In this document: positions 1 to 11,164 of the stretch, piece by piece
Layout of the letters: every line of letters starts with the position of its first letter
Numbering within the stretch: position 1 is the first letter of the stretch
Origin: Centroscyllium fabricii
Taxonomy: Eukaryota
DNA length: 64,000 nucleotides
NCBI GenBank assembly: GCA_051313645.2
Contig: JBNRSN020000015.1
Coordinates: forward strand, 42,842,001 to 42,906,000
Reading direction: 5' to 3'
Notes under the pieces: model-generated
Told to the model about the DNA's origin: nothing
Seen by the model: the letters and a program-made list of their open reading frames with translations, nothing else
Database searches by the model: none
Made by a program: the position numbers and the translations under genes

Positions 1-179
1 ATGGTCACCATTACTAAGACTAACATTTAATTCCAGAATTAAATTGAATTGAATTTAAATTCCACCAGCTGCTGTGGACCCGCATCTGGCAGGTGACAGT
101 CAGTATAGATAAATATAGTGTTATGTACATGGGTAGGGCGAACGCCAAGCACGTGTAATACCATGCAGGGTTCTGAATA

Positions 180-965
180 AAGGCTGTTGAGTAGGAAAGA
201 GACCCAAGTATTATAGTCATGAGCAATGTTCCCCGTGAGCTGCACTTTGTTCTGCGCAGCCCGTTTTTTAATGCGTGCTCCCTTTAAATTCCTGCGCGAT
301 ATTTACAGTGTAAAAGCCAGTGAGCGGCCTGCGTGGGACCTTGCAGATTATTTTGCAACCCCGCGCACACCTTAGTGGGAACATTGGTCATGAGTCTCTA
401 AAAGGTTTATGACCAGTGCCGTGAGGCTCTAGCAAAAGCAAACAGAGTATTGGTATGTCTTGTGAGGATGGCCACGTGGATAGACTATGAGTTAGTTCGG
501 TCAGGGAGCAGCAGGGGCCATCTGTATAAGTTATGTAAACATTGAAGGTGGTTAGTTGTCAGGAGTTTTTTTTTCCGCCACAGAGGGTCATCGACCTTTG
601 ACACAAGTTGCCAGCTCGTGCAGTGAGTACTGATTTGTGGTAAACATTCAAAAGGGAACTGGATGAGTTCCTGCGTGTGTCTGATATCACAGCGTATAAA
701 AGGAAGGTGAGGCGTTGGGCGATGTGTCTCATGCTGGAACTCCTGGAACCCAGCTTGATTGCCTTTGGGGGTCAGAGAGGAATTTCCAGATTAATTTCCC
801 CCTGAATTGTAGGTTGTTTTTTTAAACCTGTCCTTTTGTCTCTCCCAGTAGATTACGTGGCTGCTGGTGGGTGCATTGGAATCATGATGCTCAGTTGCAC
901 CCTGACTGTTTGGGACATCCTCAATAGACCAACTGGTCTTTTCCTGTCCATCATGTTCATATGAT
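180..965 (+). mobile_element. Degraded CR1-type LINE 3' fragment, interrupted by a MITE
   Basis: Decayed RT C-terminal motifs (GCAAAAGCAAACAGAGTATTGG, KANR-like; GGGGCCATCTGTATAAG, RGH-like) followed by a 3' UTR related to those at 28.1 kb and 40.6 kb; boundaries approximate. Confidence 0.6.
224..386. mobile_element. hAT-type MITE (163 bp)
   Basis: 10-bp TIR CAATGTTCCC (224-233) / GGGAACATTG (377-386); perfect 8-bp TSD GTCATGAG (216-223, 387-394). Confidence 0.9.
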
Positions 966-1379
966 TTGAGTCCCTGGGCTGCAGGGTCTTATGATTCTCA
1001 TTTTAGGAGAGTAGTAATTGGCTGATGTGAGAAGCCCTTTGAGATTTTCTAATCTTGGCTACTGCAGCAGCTGCATGTGACATCCATTTCCTTCCTCATA
1101 CTGGCTGTACAGTTTCATCCTCACAGCTTTGCAATGACATAAGAGGTGTTAAACAGTACCGTCACTGTAAAGACTGACTAATATTAAACCAACCGGCCCA
1201 CTACAACTGATACATCATTGCCCCATGCTGCCCAACCAACTGAGCCAGCAGGAATACTACTGAACCAATTCGTCTAACAGCCCACACCAACCAAATCCAC
1301 CAGCTGAATAATACTTCATAACTGTTTTATATATATATACTGTATATATATATATACACACCCAACTTCAGGCAAAATC

Positions 1380-2080
1380 TAAACATCAACAAGCACCATA
1401 CAGGCAACATGGGTGGGGGTCTGACATCTGATACACAAGTCAGGTATTCCAGATATAGACAGTTCAGAGGGCCCAGTATTGCACACATGGGCAACACAGC
1501 TGGTGACTACAGGCAGATAGACAGCCTGCACATCTTCAGTGCAGGAGGACAATATATCACACACACACCGGCAGCACAGAGAGGCTGCATATGGCATACG
1601 AGGCAGTGCAGGGACGCAGATATTACACATGGGCAATGTCAGGAGACCAGCTGAGGCACACAAACAGCAGGGGCTAGCCCACATTCAGGTAATGCGAGGG
1701 TTAATATCCCACACCAAAACAATTCAGGGTGGGATTGTATACATGAGCAACACAAGAGTCATATATGCCACACAGAGGGAAAGTTAGGAGGTATTATATC
1801 CCATAAACAGGCAGTATGAGGGGGGGGCGGAAAAGATATCCCACACATGGGCAAGGGGGGGACAGGATATTTCACAACCAATAGGGTGGGCAGCAGAAAT
1901 TACCACGATAACCATTTGGACTAATGAGTATCAAAATATGCGGGTGAATTAAGGAAGGCAGGATATCCTACAGAGTAGGGTGGGAATATCACAAGGTCAT
2001 TGGGGGGAGGAAGAGGCTATCTGACAGCAGGTGCACCAAGGACAGCATTATATACCAGGATGGGTATCCCAGAGTAGGTG
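1380..2080. repeat. Highly degenerate tandem repeat grading into the adjacent minisatellite
   Basis: Recurring ATATCCCACACATGGG / ATTACACATGGGCAA-like motifs roughly every 40-45 bp. Confidence 0.45.
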
Positions 2081-3935
2081 CATGGGGTGGGATTTCCCAC
2101 AATGGTGGGGTGGCGGAGGGGGAACAGATTGTGCCACTTTCTGGGGGGGGGGGGGGGGGCTGAGAGACAGATTGTGCCACTTTCTGGGGGGGGGGGGGGG
2201 TGAGAGGCACATTATCCCACTTTCTGGGGGGGGGGGGTGAGAGGCAGATTATCCCACTTTCTGGGGGGAGAGGTGGGGGAGACAGATTGTCCCACTTTCT
2301 GGGGGGAGGGAACATATTGTCTCACTTTCTGGGGGGGGGACATATTGTCTCACTTTCTGGGGGGGACGGACATATTGTCCCACTTTCTGGGGGGGAAACA
2401 GATTGTTCTACTTTCAGGGGGGAGGAACCGATTGTCGCATTTTCTGGAGGGTGGGGGGAAACCGATTGTCCCACTTTCTGGGGGGTGGGGGGAGAAACAT
2501 ATTGTCCAACTGTCTGGGGGGGGGGGGGGACGACGGACAGATTGTCCTATGGGCTGTGGTGGTGGTGGGGGGGGACAATTGTCCCACTGTCTGTGGGGGG
2601 GCAGATTGTCCAACGGTTTTGGGGGGGGGGGGGGGGGACAGATTGTTCCACGGTCTGTGAGGGGGAGAACACAGATTGTCCCACGGTCTGTTTGGGGGGG
2701 CGGGGAACAGATTGTCCTGCAGTATGGGGGGGGGGGGGGGAGGGAGATTGTCCCACTATCTGGGGGTGAGGACAGATTGTCCCACTGTCTGTGGTGGTGG
2801 GGGGGGGGGGGGGGGAACAGATTGTCCCACTGTCTGTGGTGGGGGGGGGACAGATTGTCCCACTGTCTGTGGTGGGGGGGGGACAGATTGTCCCACTGTC
2901 TGTGGTGGGGGGGGACAGATTGTCCCACTGTCTGTGGTGGTGGGGGGGGGACAGATTGTCCCACTGTCTGTGGTGGGGGGGGGACAGATTGTCCCACTGT
3001 CTGTGGTGGGGGGGGGAACAGATTGTCCCACTGTCTGTGGTGGGAGGGGGGACAGCTTGTCCCACTGTCTGTGGTGGGAGGGGGGACAGCTTGTCCCACT
3101 GTCTGTGGTGGGAGGGGGGACAGCTTGTCCCACTGTCTGTGGTGGGAGGGGGGACAGCTTGTCCCACTGTCTGTGGTGGGAGGGGGGACAGCTTGTCCCA
3201 CTGTCTGTGGTGGGAGGGGGGACAGCTTGTCCCACTGTCTGTGGTGGGAGGGGGGACAGCTTGTCCCACTGTCTGTGGTGGGAGGGGGGACAGCTTGTCC
3301 CACTGTCTGTGGTGGGGGGGGGACAGATTGTCCCACTGTCTGTGGTGGGGGGGGGGAACAGATTGTCCCACTGTCTGTGGTGGGGGGGGAACAGATTGCC
3401 CCACTGTCTGTGGTGGGGGGGGGAACAGATTGCCCCACTGTCTGTGGTGGGGGGGGCAGATTGTTCCACTGTCTGTGGTGGGAGGGGGGACAGCTTGTCC
3501 CACTGTCTGTGGTGGGAGGGGGGACAGCTTGTCCCACTGTCTGTGGTGGGGGGGGGGGACAGATTGTCCCACTGTCTGTGGTGGGGGGGGGACAGATTGT
3601 CCCACTGTCTGTGGTGGGGGGGGGACAGATTGTCCCACTGTCTGTGGTGGGGGGGGGGACAGATTGTCCCACTGTCTGTGGTGGGGGGGGGGGGGACAGA
3701 TTGTCCCACTGTCTGTGGTTTGGGGGGGGGGGGGGGGGGAGAGAACAGATTCTCCCACTGTCTGTGGTGGGGGGGGGACACAGATTGTCCCACTGTCTGG
3801 GGGGGGGGGGGGGGCGACAGATTCTCCCACTGTCTGGGGGGATGGAGATTGTCCCACGGTCTGTGGAGAAACGACGATAGATTGTCCCACTGTCTGTGGA
3901 GAGACGGCGACAAATTGTGCCACTGTCTGGAGGGG
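2080..3935. repeat. G-rich minisatellite, unit about 32-35 bp: GACAGATTGTCCCACTGTCTGTGGT(G)n
   Basis: About 50 tandem units visible directly; homogeneous 34-bp block at about 3040-3300; explains all long Gly- or Pro-rich ORFs here. Confidence 0.97.
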
Positions 3936-3939
3936 AGTC

Positions 3940-4530
3940 TGTTCCGAGTTCCAGTCACATTGCGGGCCCGGCGCCTTCGCAAAGGCAAAGGAGCGGCGCC
4001 TCCCAGTAACGGAATTCAGGGGATTACCAGCCCAGGGCCCGAACTCGGTAACCAGCGCCCAGCCCAATGAAGCCGGGCTGCCAGCGACCCTCGCACTACA
4101 GCCAAACCCCATCTGTCCCCCCGACCCCAGCCTGCATCTACCTGGCGCCGTCCACGTCCGACTGCGAACGGTCCCTCTACCCTGCCAAAGTCCCCCAGCC
4201 TCGGGGAGACGGCCAGGCCGCCGCCCCCTGGAAACACCCCGCCCCTGATCCCGCCCCCTGGAGACGCCCCGCCCCTGGCGAGTCACGGCCCCGCCCCTGG
4301 TGACGCTCCACCCCTGGTGACCCTAGTCCCGCCCCTGGTGACGCTCCAGCCCTGGTGACCCTAGCCCCGCCCCTGGTGACGCTCCACCCCTGGTGACCCT
4401 AGTCCCGCCCCTGGTGACGCTCCACCCCTGGTGACCCTAGCCCCACCCCTAGTCCCGCCCCTGGTGACGCCCCTGCTCTCCAATTACAGGGAGCATCACC
4501 GCCAAGCTGGCCCTTTTCCTCACCCCGGCC
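3940..4530 (-). promoter_or_regulatory. CpG island, putative promoter and non-coding first exon of the next minus-strand gene (LDHA by synteny, inferred)
   Basis: High GC and CpG density, many CCGCCC GC boxes, candidate donor CAG|GTAGAT at 4142/4141 (minus), ACGTG HRE core at 4153-4157; no coding exon of this gene seen in the window. Confidence 0.55.
4234..4472. repeat. 38-bp promoter minisatellite CCGCCCCTGGTGACGCTCCACCCCTGGTGACCCTAGTC (4 full copies plus degenerate flanks)
   Basis: Unit starts at 4291, 4329, 4367, 4405; internal 18/20-bp sub-repeat. Confidence 0.9.
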
Positions 4531-4569
4531 CAGAGTAGCATGTAAGATCCCAGCAAGAAAGACTTGCAT

Positions 4570-4660
4570 ATCAACAACAGAAAATGCTGGAAAAACTCAG
4601 CAGTTCAGGCAGCATCGGTGGAGAGAAAGACAGTCAACGTTTCGGGGAGTTCCCTTTATC
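4570..4660 (-). mobile_element. 91-bp Penelope-derived mini-element (degenerate hammerhead plus tail)
   Basis: 11-bp TSD AAGACTTGCAT (4559-4569, 4661-4671); homologous to the PLE tails at 15.3, 16.7 and 24.9 kb. Confidence 0.8.
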
Positions 4661-5074
4661 AAGACTTGCATCTAGCGCCTTTCACCACCGGACGTTTCAA
4701 AGCACTTTACAGCCAATGAAGTACTTTTGAAGTGTAGTCACTGTTTTAATGTTGGAAACGCAGCAGCCAATTTGCACACAGCAAGCTCCCTCAAACAGCA
4801 ATGTGATACCGACCAGATAATCTGTTTTAGTGGTGTTGATTGAGGCATGAATATTGACCAGGACACCAGGTTACCTCCCCTGTTCTTCGAAATAGTGCCA
4901 TGGGATCTTTTACATCCACCTGAGAGAGCAGACGGAGCCTCAGTTTAATGTCTCATTTGAAAGGCGGCACCTCCAACAGTGCAGCACTCCCTCAGTACTG
5001 TACTGGAGTGGAGTGTCAGCCTAGATTTATGTGCTCAAGTCTCATGGAGTGGGACTTGAACCTCACAACCTTCT

Positions 5075-5681
5075 CCTTCTTCTTCTTAGGCAGTCCCTCG
5101 GAATCGAGGATGACTTGCTTCCACATTAAAAATGAGTTCGCAGGTGACCTATAGTCTCTGTCACAGGTGGGGCAGACAGTGGTTGAAGGGGCGGGTGGGT
5201 GGGGTGCTTGGGTTGACGTGCACCCCTTGTGCTGCCTGCGTTTGGCTTCCGCTTGTTCCCGGCGAAGAGACTCAAGGTGTTTGGCGCCTTCACGGATGCT
5301 TCTCCTCCACTTTGTGCGGTCTTGGGCCAGGGATTTCCAGGTGTCGATACGGATGTTACACTTTTTCAAGGGGGCTTTGAAGTGTCCTTGAAGCATTTCC
5401 TCTGTCCACCTGGAGCTCTCTTCCCGAGCCGTAGCTCCGAGTAGAGCGCTTGTTTTGGGAGTCTCGTATCGGGCATGCGGACAATGTGACCCGTCCATCG
5501 GAGCAGATCGAGTGTGGTCAAAGCTTCGTTGCTGGGGATGTTGGCCTGAGCAAGAACACTGACATTGGTGCGCCGATCCTGCCAATGGATTGGCAGGATC
5601 TTGCGGAGGCAGCGTTGGTGGTACCTCTCCAATGCTTTGAGGTGCCTGCTGTACATGGTCCATGTTTCTGAGGCATACATT
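5075..5681 (-). mobile_element. 5'-truncated RTE-clade LINE
   Basis: ASETWTMYSRHLKALERYHQRCLRKIL...RMPDTRLPKQALYSEL; (AAG)n tail; 10-bp TSD ACAACCTTCT (5065-5074, 5682-5691). Confidence 0.9.
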
Positions 5682-6063
5682 ACAACCTTCTAACTCAGAG
5701 GTATGCTGCCAATTGAGCCACTGGCACCGGAGGACCAACAGGGTCTGTTTTCTCCAGCCCAGTGAGCTGAGAGGCTGATTGTTCAGCTCATTACAGACCA
5801 GACAATAAACCTGGCATCTTCCTAGCTGTATAAAGCAGTAACACACTGGCTGGTGCAATTATTTGTCTTTTGATTAATGTTTATGAGCTTTCATTGACTT
5901 TTGTGTCAGATGTGGAAAGAAAAATGAGAGATTCATCTTGAAGGTTTGTGAATGGTTACTTCTTTCCCTCAACAGATTGGTCATATTGTAAGTGTATTTG
6001 AAGAGAAAGGGCTTAATTGGCCAAAAGCTAATTGTAATATATGTGGGTAGGACAAATGAAGGA

Positions 6064-6190
6064 CATAGAAGATAGGAGCAGGAGTAGGCCATTCGGCTCC
6101 TCAAGCTTGCTCCGCCATTCAATGAGATCATGGCTGATCATCCAAATTCAGTACCCTGTCCCTGCCTTCTCTCCATATCTCTTGATCCCT
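6064..6190 (-). mobile_element. HER1/CR1 3' tail fragment
   Basis: Reverse complement of GAATGGCCTACTCCTGCTCCTATCTTCTATG stem-loop tail. Confidence 0.8.
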
Positions 6191-6639
6191 TGACAGAGTT
6201 GGGATGATTTGCTAGTCCATGTGCTTGCTTTATTAGGCCAGAGCGAACTGAGCATGCTCATTCTAAACCATGTGACAAGCCATGAGATAATACATTACCA
6301 TAATTGACTACTTTGTGTTCTTAATTCTGCTAATAATATGTATCCTCCATATGCCATAGAAGTTAAGCCTAACCCGAGATGGGTAGTGGTGCTTCGGTTG
6401 TCCTATGAAGTCCTAGGAGTTTAGCACCAATTTATTTTGATCTAAAGCTGAACTGGCACCAACTAAGTACCAAAATCCTATACATCAAGCTATGTCTCCA
6501 ATTAAACATTGAAATACAAAAGCCAAAGAGTTTTCAACAGACTCTGCACCCTTGCCCACAATTCCTTTCTCATCCTGACTGCTTGCTCAGGTAACACAAT
6601 CTGTAACATTAGGTCCTAATCAAGCCGGAGCTGAGATTC

Positions 6640-7302
6640 AAACCCCACATCCAGTCCATCACCAAGACCGTCTAGTTGCACTTCTACAATATCGCGTGCC
6701 TCTGTCTCTACCTTTTCCTCCCCATCACTGAAATACTTATTCCATACTTTCATTAATTCCGGCTCCTACACTCAAAAATGGCCTCCTGAGCTCCACACTA
6801 CACAAAGTCCAATTTATCCAGAACTCCACCATTTCCATCCTATGTACTAAGTCCCACTCACCTATCACATTTCTCATTGCCAACCTCCACTGGTTCCCTA
6901 TCTCCAAACATATTAACTTCAAAATCCCCATGTACAGCTACAAATCCCTCCATGGCCTCGCTGCACCTGAGCAACCTCATTTAGCACGACATCCCAGCTC
7001 ATACCATCTGCTTTTTGTGTGTGGACTACTATCTACTGACTACTTTCCTCTGCTGCACCAGCCGTGGTAGGGCCCAGCATCACAGCCCCATTTTCTGAAA
7101 TTCTCTCCCAAAAGTCCTCCATCTTATTTCAACACTGTCCAACTTCAAAAACATCCTGAAAATCTACCTCTTCAACCACACCTTTGGTCACTATCCCTTT
7201 TTCACAATCCTTGCTTGGTGATTAAATTCCCCCTCTGTCTTTTGAGAAGTGCCTTGGGACATTTTGCTACCTTAAAGGTACTTTATAAATGTAAGTTGTT
7301 AT
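6640..7302 (+). mobile_element. Old L2 LINE 3' fragment
   Basis: CTCCACTGGTTCCC (LHWLP-like) and AAATCCCTCCATGGCCTC motifs; L2-type tail ATAAATGTAAGTTGTT. Confidence 0.7.
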
Positions 7303-7356
7303 TGGAAGTGCCTGAAGGGATAGCTAAGTAGGATTGTGCATTCATATTGTTTGCAA

Positions 7357-7603
7357 ATGATGTGCGGGTTAGGTTGATTGGCCTTGATAAATTGACCCTT
7401 AGTGTTAGGGGGATTGAATATGTGGTGTTACGGGGATAGGGTGGGATATGTGTCGGTGCAGGCTCGATAGGGATCAAGGGATATGGGGAGAGGGCAGGGG
7501 CGGGGTACTGGGTTTGGATGATCAGCCATGATCTCATTGAATGGTGGAGCAGGCTCGAAGGGCCGAATGGCCTACTCCTGCTCCTATCTTCTATGTTTCT
7601 ATG
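7357..7603 (+). mobile_element. 5'-truncated HE1 (V-SINE)
   Basis: Near-identical to the 3' half of the full copy at 25172-25565. Confidence 0.85.
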
Positions 7604-8207
7604 AAGATGGCCCCACAGGTCATTATAGGTAACTATCTTCTTCATTCAGTATCCTCCATATATTTGCAAAGGGAAGGCCCCTGCAGAGGAGACTTAACAA
7701 CAGTTGCCATTTCAAATCTGCCAAAGACTGAGGAGTCATGTGCAGCAGTCCAAATTTAGCTGGTAATACTTGGTAAATGTGTGAATACTACTCCACGCGG
7801 GTGCTATACAAATACTATCAATCACAGCCTTATTTGAAAGATGCCCAGGAGGCCGCTGTAGAACAAGCGGAACGAGTGCAATGATCTTTAAACTGACTTC
7901 AACATCTCTTCCCTGCAAGTTGATTTGTGGAAAGTATTCTCCACTTTCACTTTGTTTCCATTGTTTGGTGACTGGTTTGCATTTGGTCTTTAAGCCATAA
8001 GAAACAAATAACTGTCCGAACTTTCAAAGGCACTTGATTTGGGTGATGTAAGCGAGGAGGACACAGAGTCTGCAAAGGGATATAGACAGGTAAAGTGAGT
8101 GGGCAAGAAGGTGGCAGATGGAGTATAATGTGGGGAAATGTGAGGCTTTTCACTTTGGTAGGAAGAATAGAAAAACAGAATATTTTTTAAATGGTGAAAA
8201 ACTATTA

Positions 8208-8695
8208 AGAACATAAGAAATAGGAGCTGGAGTCGGTCTTTTGCCCCTTCGAGCCTGCTCTGCCATTCAACAAGATCATGGCTGATCTTCTACCTCAACT
8301 CCACCTTCCCGCACTATCACCACATCTCTTCAATCCCCAAAATTTATTGACCTCTGTCTTGAATATACTCAACAACTGAGCATCCACAGCTCTCTGAGGT
8401 AGAGAATTCCAAAGATTCACAACCCTGAGTGAAGAAATTTCTCATCTCAGTCCTAAATGGCCAACCCCTTATTCTATGACTGTGACCCCATGTTACAGAT
8501 TCCCCAGCCAGGGGAAACATTTTCCCAGCATTAACCCTGTCAAGCCCCTTCAGAATTTTATATGTTTCAATTAGATCACTTCTCATTCTTCTAAACTCTA
8601 TACAATATAGGCCTAGTCTACTCAATCTTTCCTCAAAGGGCAAGGAACCAGTCATGTGAACCTTCACTGCACACCCTCTAAGGCAAGTACGTCTT
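8208..8695 (-). mobile_element. CR1/HER1 3' fragment
   Basis: ORF EERLSRLGLYCIEFRRMRSDLIETYKILKG; CR1 tail. Confidence 0.85.
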
Positions 8696-8869
8696 TCCTT
8701 AAATATTGGTGTTCAGAGTGATTTGGGTGTTCTTGTAAATGAAACACAGAAAATGAACATGCAGGTACAGCAAGCAATTAGGAAGGCAAATGGTGTGTTG
8801 GCCTTTATTACAAGAGAGTTGGAGTACAAGAGTAAGGGCTTTGGTGAGACCACTCCTGGAATACTGTGT

Positions 8870-9500
8870 ACATAGAAACATAGAAGATAGGAGCAGGAGT
8901 AGGCCATTCAATGAGATCATGGCTGATCATCCAAATTCTGTACCCTGTCCCTGCCTTCTCCCCGTATCCCTTTAGCCTTAAGAAATATACCTAACTCCTT
9001 CTTGAATATATTTAATGAATTGGCCTCTACTGCCTTCTGTGGTAGAGAGTTCCACAGGTTCACCACTCTCTGGGTGAAGATATTCCTCCTCATTTCTGTC
9101 CTAAATGGTATACCCCTTATTCTTAGACTGTGACCCCTGGTTCTGGACTCCCCCACCATCGGGAACATCCTTCCTGCATCTAATCTGTGCAGTCCTGTTT
9201 GAAACTTATAAAATTCTATGAGATCCCCTCTCATTCTTCTAAACTCCAGCGAGTATAAGCCCAATCGACCCAATCTCTTCTCATACGTCACTCTTGCCAT
9301 CCCAGGTATCAGTCTGGTGAATCTTCGCTGCACTCCCTCCATGGCAAGAACATCCTTCCTTAGATAAGGTGACCAAAACTGCACACAATACTCAAGATGT
9401 GGTCTCACCAAGGCCCTGTACAACTGCAGCAAGACATCCTTGTTCCTGTACTCAAACCCTCTTGCTAGGAAGGCCAGCATACCATTTGCCTTAACTGCCT
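8870..9500 (-). mobile_element. CR1/HER1 3' fragment
   Basis: 187-aa ORF LLQLYRALVRPHLEYCVQFWSP...RRNIFTQRVVNLWNSLP. Confidence 0.9.
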
Positions 9501-9602
9501 GTACAGTTTTGGTCTATGTACCTAAGGAAGGATATACTTGCCTTGGACTTAAATTCTTGACTCAAATTAAATTGGGAAACATTTTTTGTCAAGTATCAGC
9601 AT

Positions 9603-10003
9603 TGGCTGAGTGATAGCATTTTCACTTTTGAATCAGAAACTTGTGGGTTCAAACCCCGCTTCAAAGACTTAAGCATGTTATCTAGGCTGACACTTCAATG
9701 CCATACTGAGATGCCATCTTTTGGATGAGATGTTGAACAGAGGCTCTATCTGCTCTTTCAGGTGGATGTAAAATATTCCATGATACTTTAAAAGAGCAGA
9801 GGAGTTTTTCCAGTGTCCTGGAGAACATTTAATCCACAACCAACATTGCAAAAATAATTAACTATCTCACTGCCTTGCTGTGTGTTAATTGGCTGCAATG
9901 TTTCCTAGGTTACAACAGTGACTATATTTCAAAAGTACTTTATTGGTTGTAATGTGCTTTGAGACATCTTGAGGATGTGCTATATAACTGCAAGTTCTTT
10001 CTT
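9603..10003 (+). mobile_element. DeuSINE (SacSINE1-like)
   Basis: tRNA-like head GGGTTCAAACCCC, TTCAGGTGGATGTAAA Deu core, L2-type tail. Confidence 0.75.
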
Positions 10004-11164
10004 TGGCAGAATTTCAAGTGCCTGGTCTAAATTAATGAATTAATGAATGAATTAATTAATTAAATAAACCAAACATAATTGATGAACATTAAGGGTTTTC
10101 AGTTCACTAATTCCCGAAGCCAAAACCAAGGCTAATAATCTTGAAGCATCCAGAAGGGGGATCAGTGAGTGTGGGAGCCCTAGAAGGAACTGGTTTCAAG
10201 ATCAGAGTAGCAGAGGTGCTGCCAGGGTCTTGGCCCATTTAGGAGCATGACTCATGTGTTTGGTGGCAATGCAAGGTTATCTCAGGATCTGGGAGCATGG
10301 CCCCAACCTTTTGGAGGAAATTATCTCAAAAGGTTTTGTGAAATCTTGGAGAACTGGGGTGGCTTAGGGGATGACAGTTTTGAGAGTGGCTGCAAATATT
10401 ACAGCATTATAATGAATTGATGGAGAAGAGACCTCAATAAAATGTGTTCCAATAAACCCCACCCCCACCCCAACCCCAAATTAGGTTGTTTGTCGGATAT
10501 CAAGTCAGAGATCAATTTTGACTTCCTCGAGCTCAACATTGGGAATATTAACGACTTTTTCTTTAGGCCCCACTGTAAATTCCTTTACCTTGTCCCCATC
10601 ATCCCCATCCACTCTCTCAAGCTAAAACAGACCAATTACAATCTTTGTATTCCATTCAACCCCGAGCGGAGATTTCAAACACACATCATATCTATTACTA
10701 AAACTGTTTGTCTCCCTCTGCAACATTGATCGGCTTTCGTCTACCTCAGCCTTTCCAATACTAGAACGCTCTCCCTAAACCTCTCCACCTTTAAAAACCT
10801 TGTATAAAACCCATCGCTTTGACCAGCCCATCCAAACCACTTCCATAGTCAGCGTACATTTCATTATTCTCCGTTTGTGAAATGCATTGGGTGTTTTTTT
10901 TATGTTAAGAGATATTGGGCCAGCTGTGAAAATAACAATGAGATCAACACTTATAATGTGCAAATCAGACAGCAACTGTAAGTGCATATGCGCAGTTAAA
11001 TGCAAAAATCTGGAATGTGCTGTTCAGGATGCGCTGCCCCGCCATCAGCTGCGTGAAAATTGCATCTCGCTGTCTGGCTCCCCATTCAATTGTATTGAAT
11101 GGCATGAAGTTCCTGTACGGATGTCGTACATACAGACTAAACTCGCCACAAAAAGTTGTCATTC

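Larger units (their letters stand above)
4553..5725 (-). mobile_element. DeuSINE (SacSINE1-like), split by a mini-PLE and an RTE insertion
   Basis: Deu-domain-like CTTTTACATCCACCTGAGAGAGCAGAC, L2-type tail, B box GGTTCAAGTCCC on minus; head resumes at 5682. Confidence 0.8.
8030..9547 (+). mobile_element. Older plus-strand CR1 fragment split by two minus-strand CR1/HER1 insertions
   Basis: Plus pieces at about 8030-8207, 8700-8868 and 9500-9547 form a continuous RT C-terminus (KCE.FHFG, KANGVLAFI, LEYCVQFWS). Confidence 0.7.

Noticed and set aside
3040-3300. p53 half-site-like GGACAAGCTG in repeat units
   Set aside because: Single imperfect half-sites spaced 34 bp apart, not a paired response element
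2200-4286. Six-frame ORFs of 400-580 aa (Gly/Cys- or Pro-rich, mucin- or keratin-like)
   Set aside because: By-product of a stop-free minisatellite that is open in all frames on both strands
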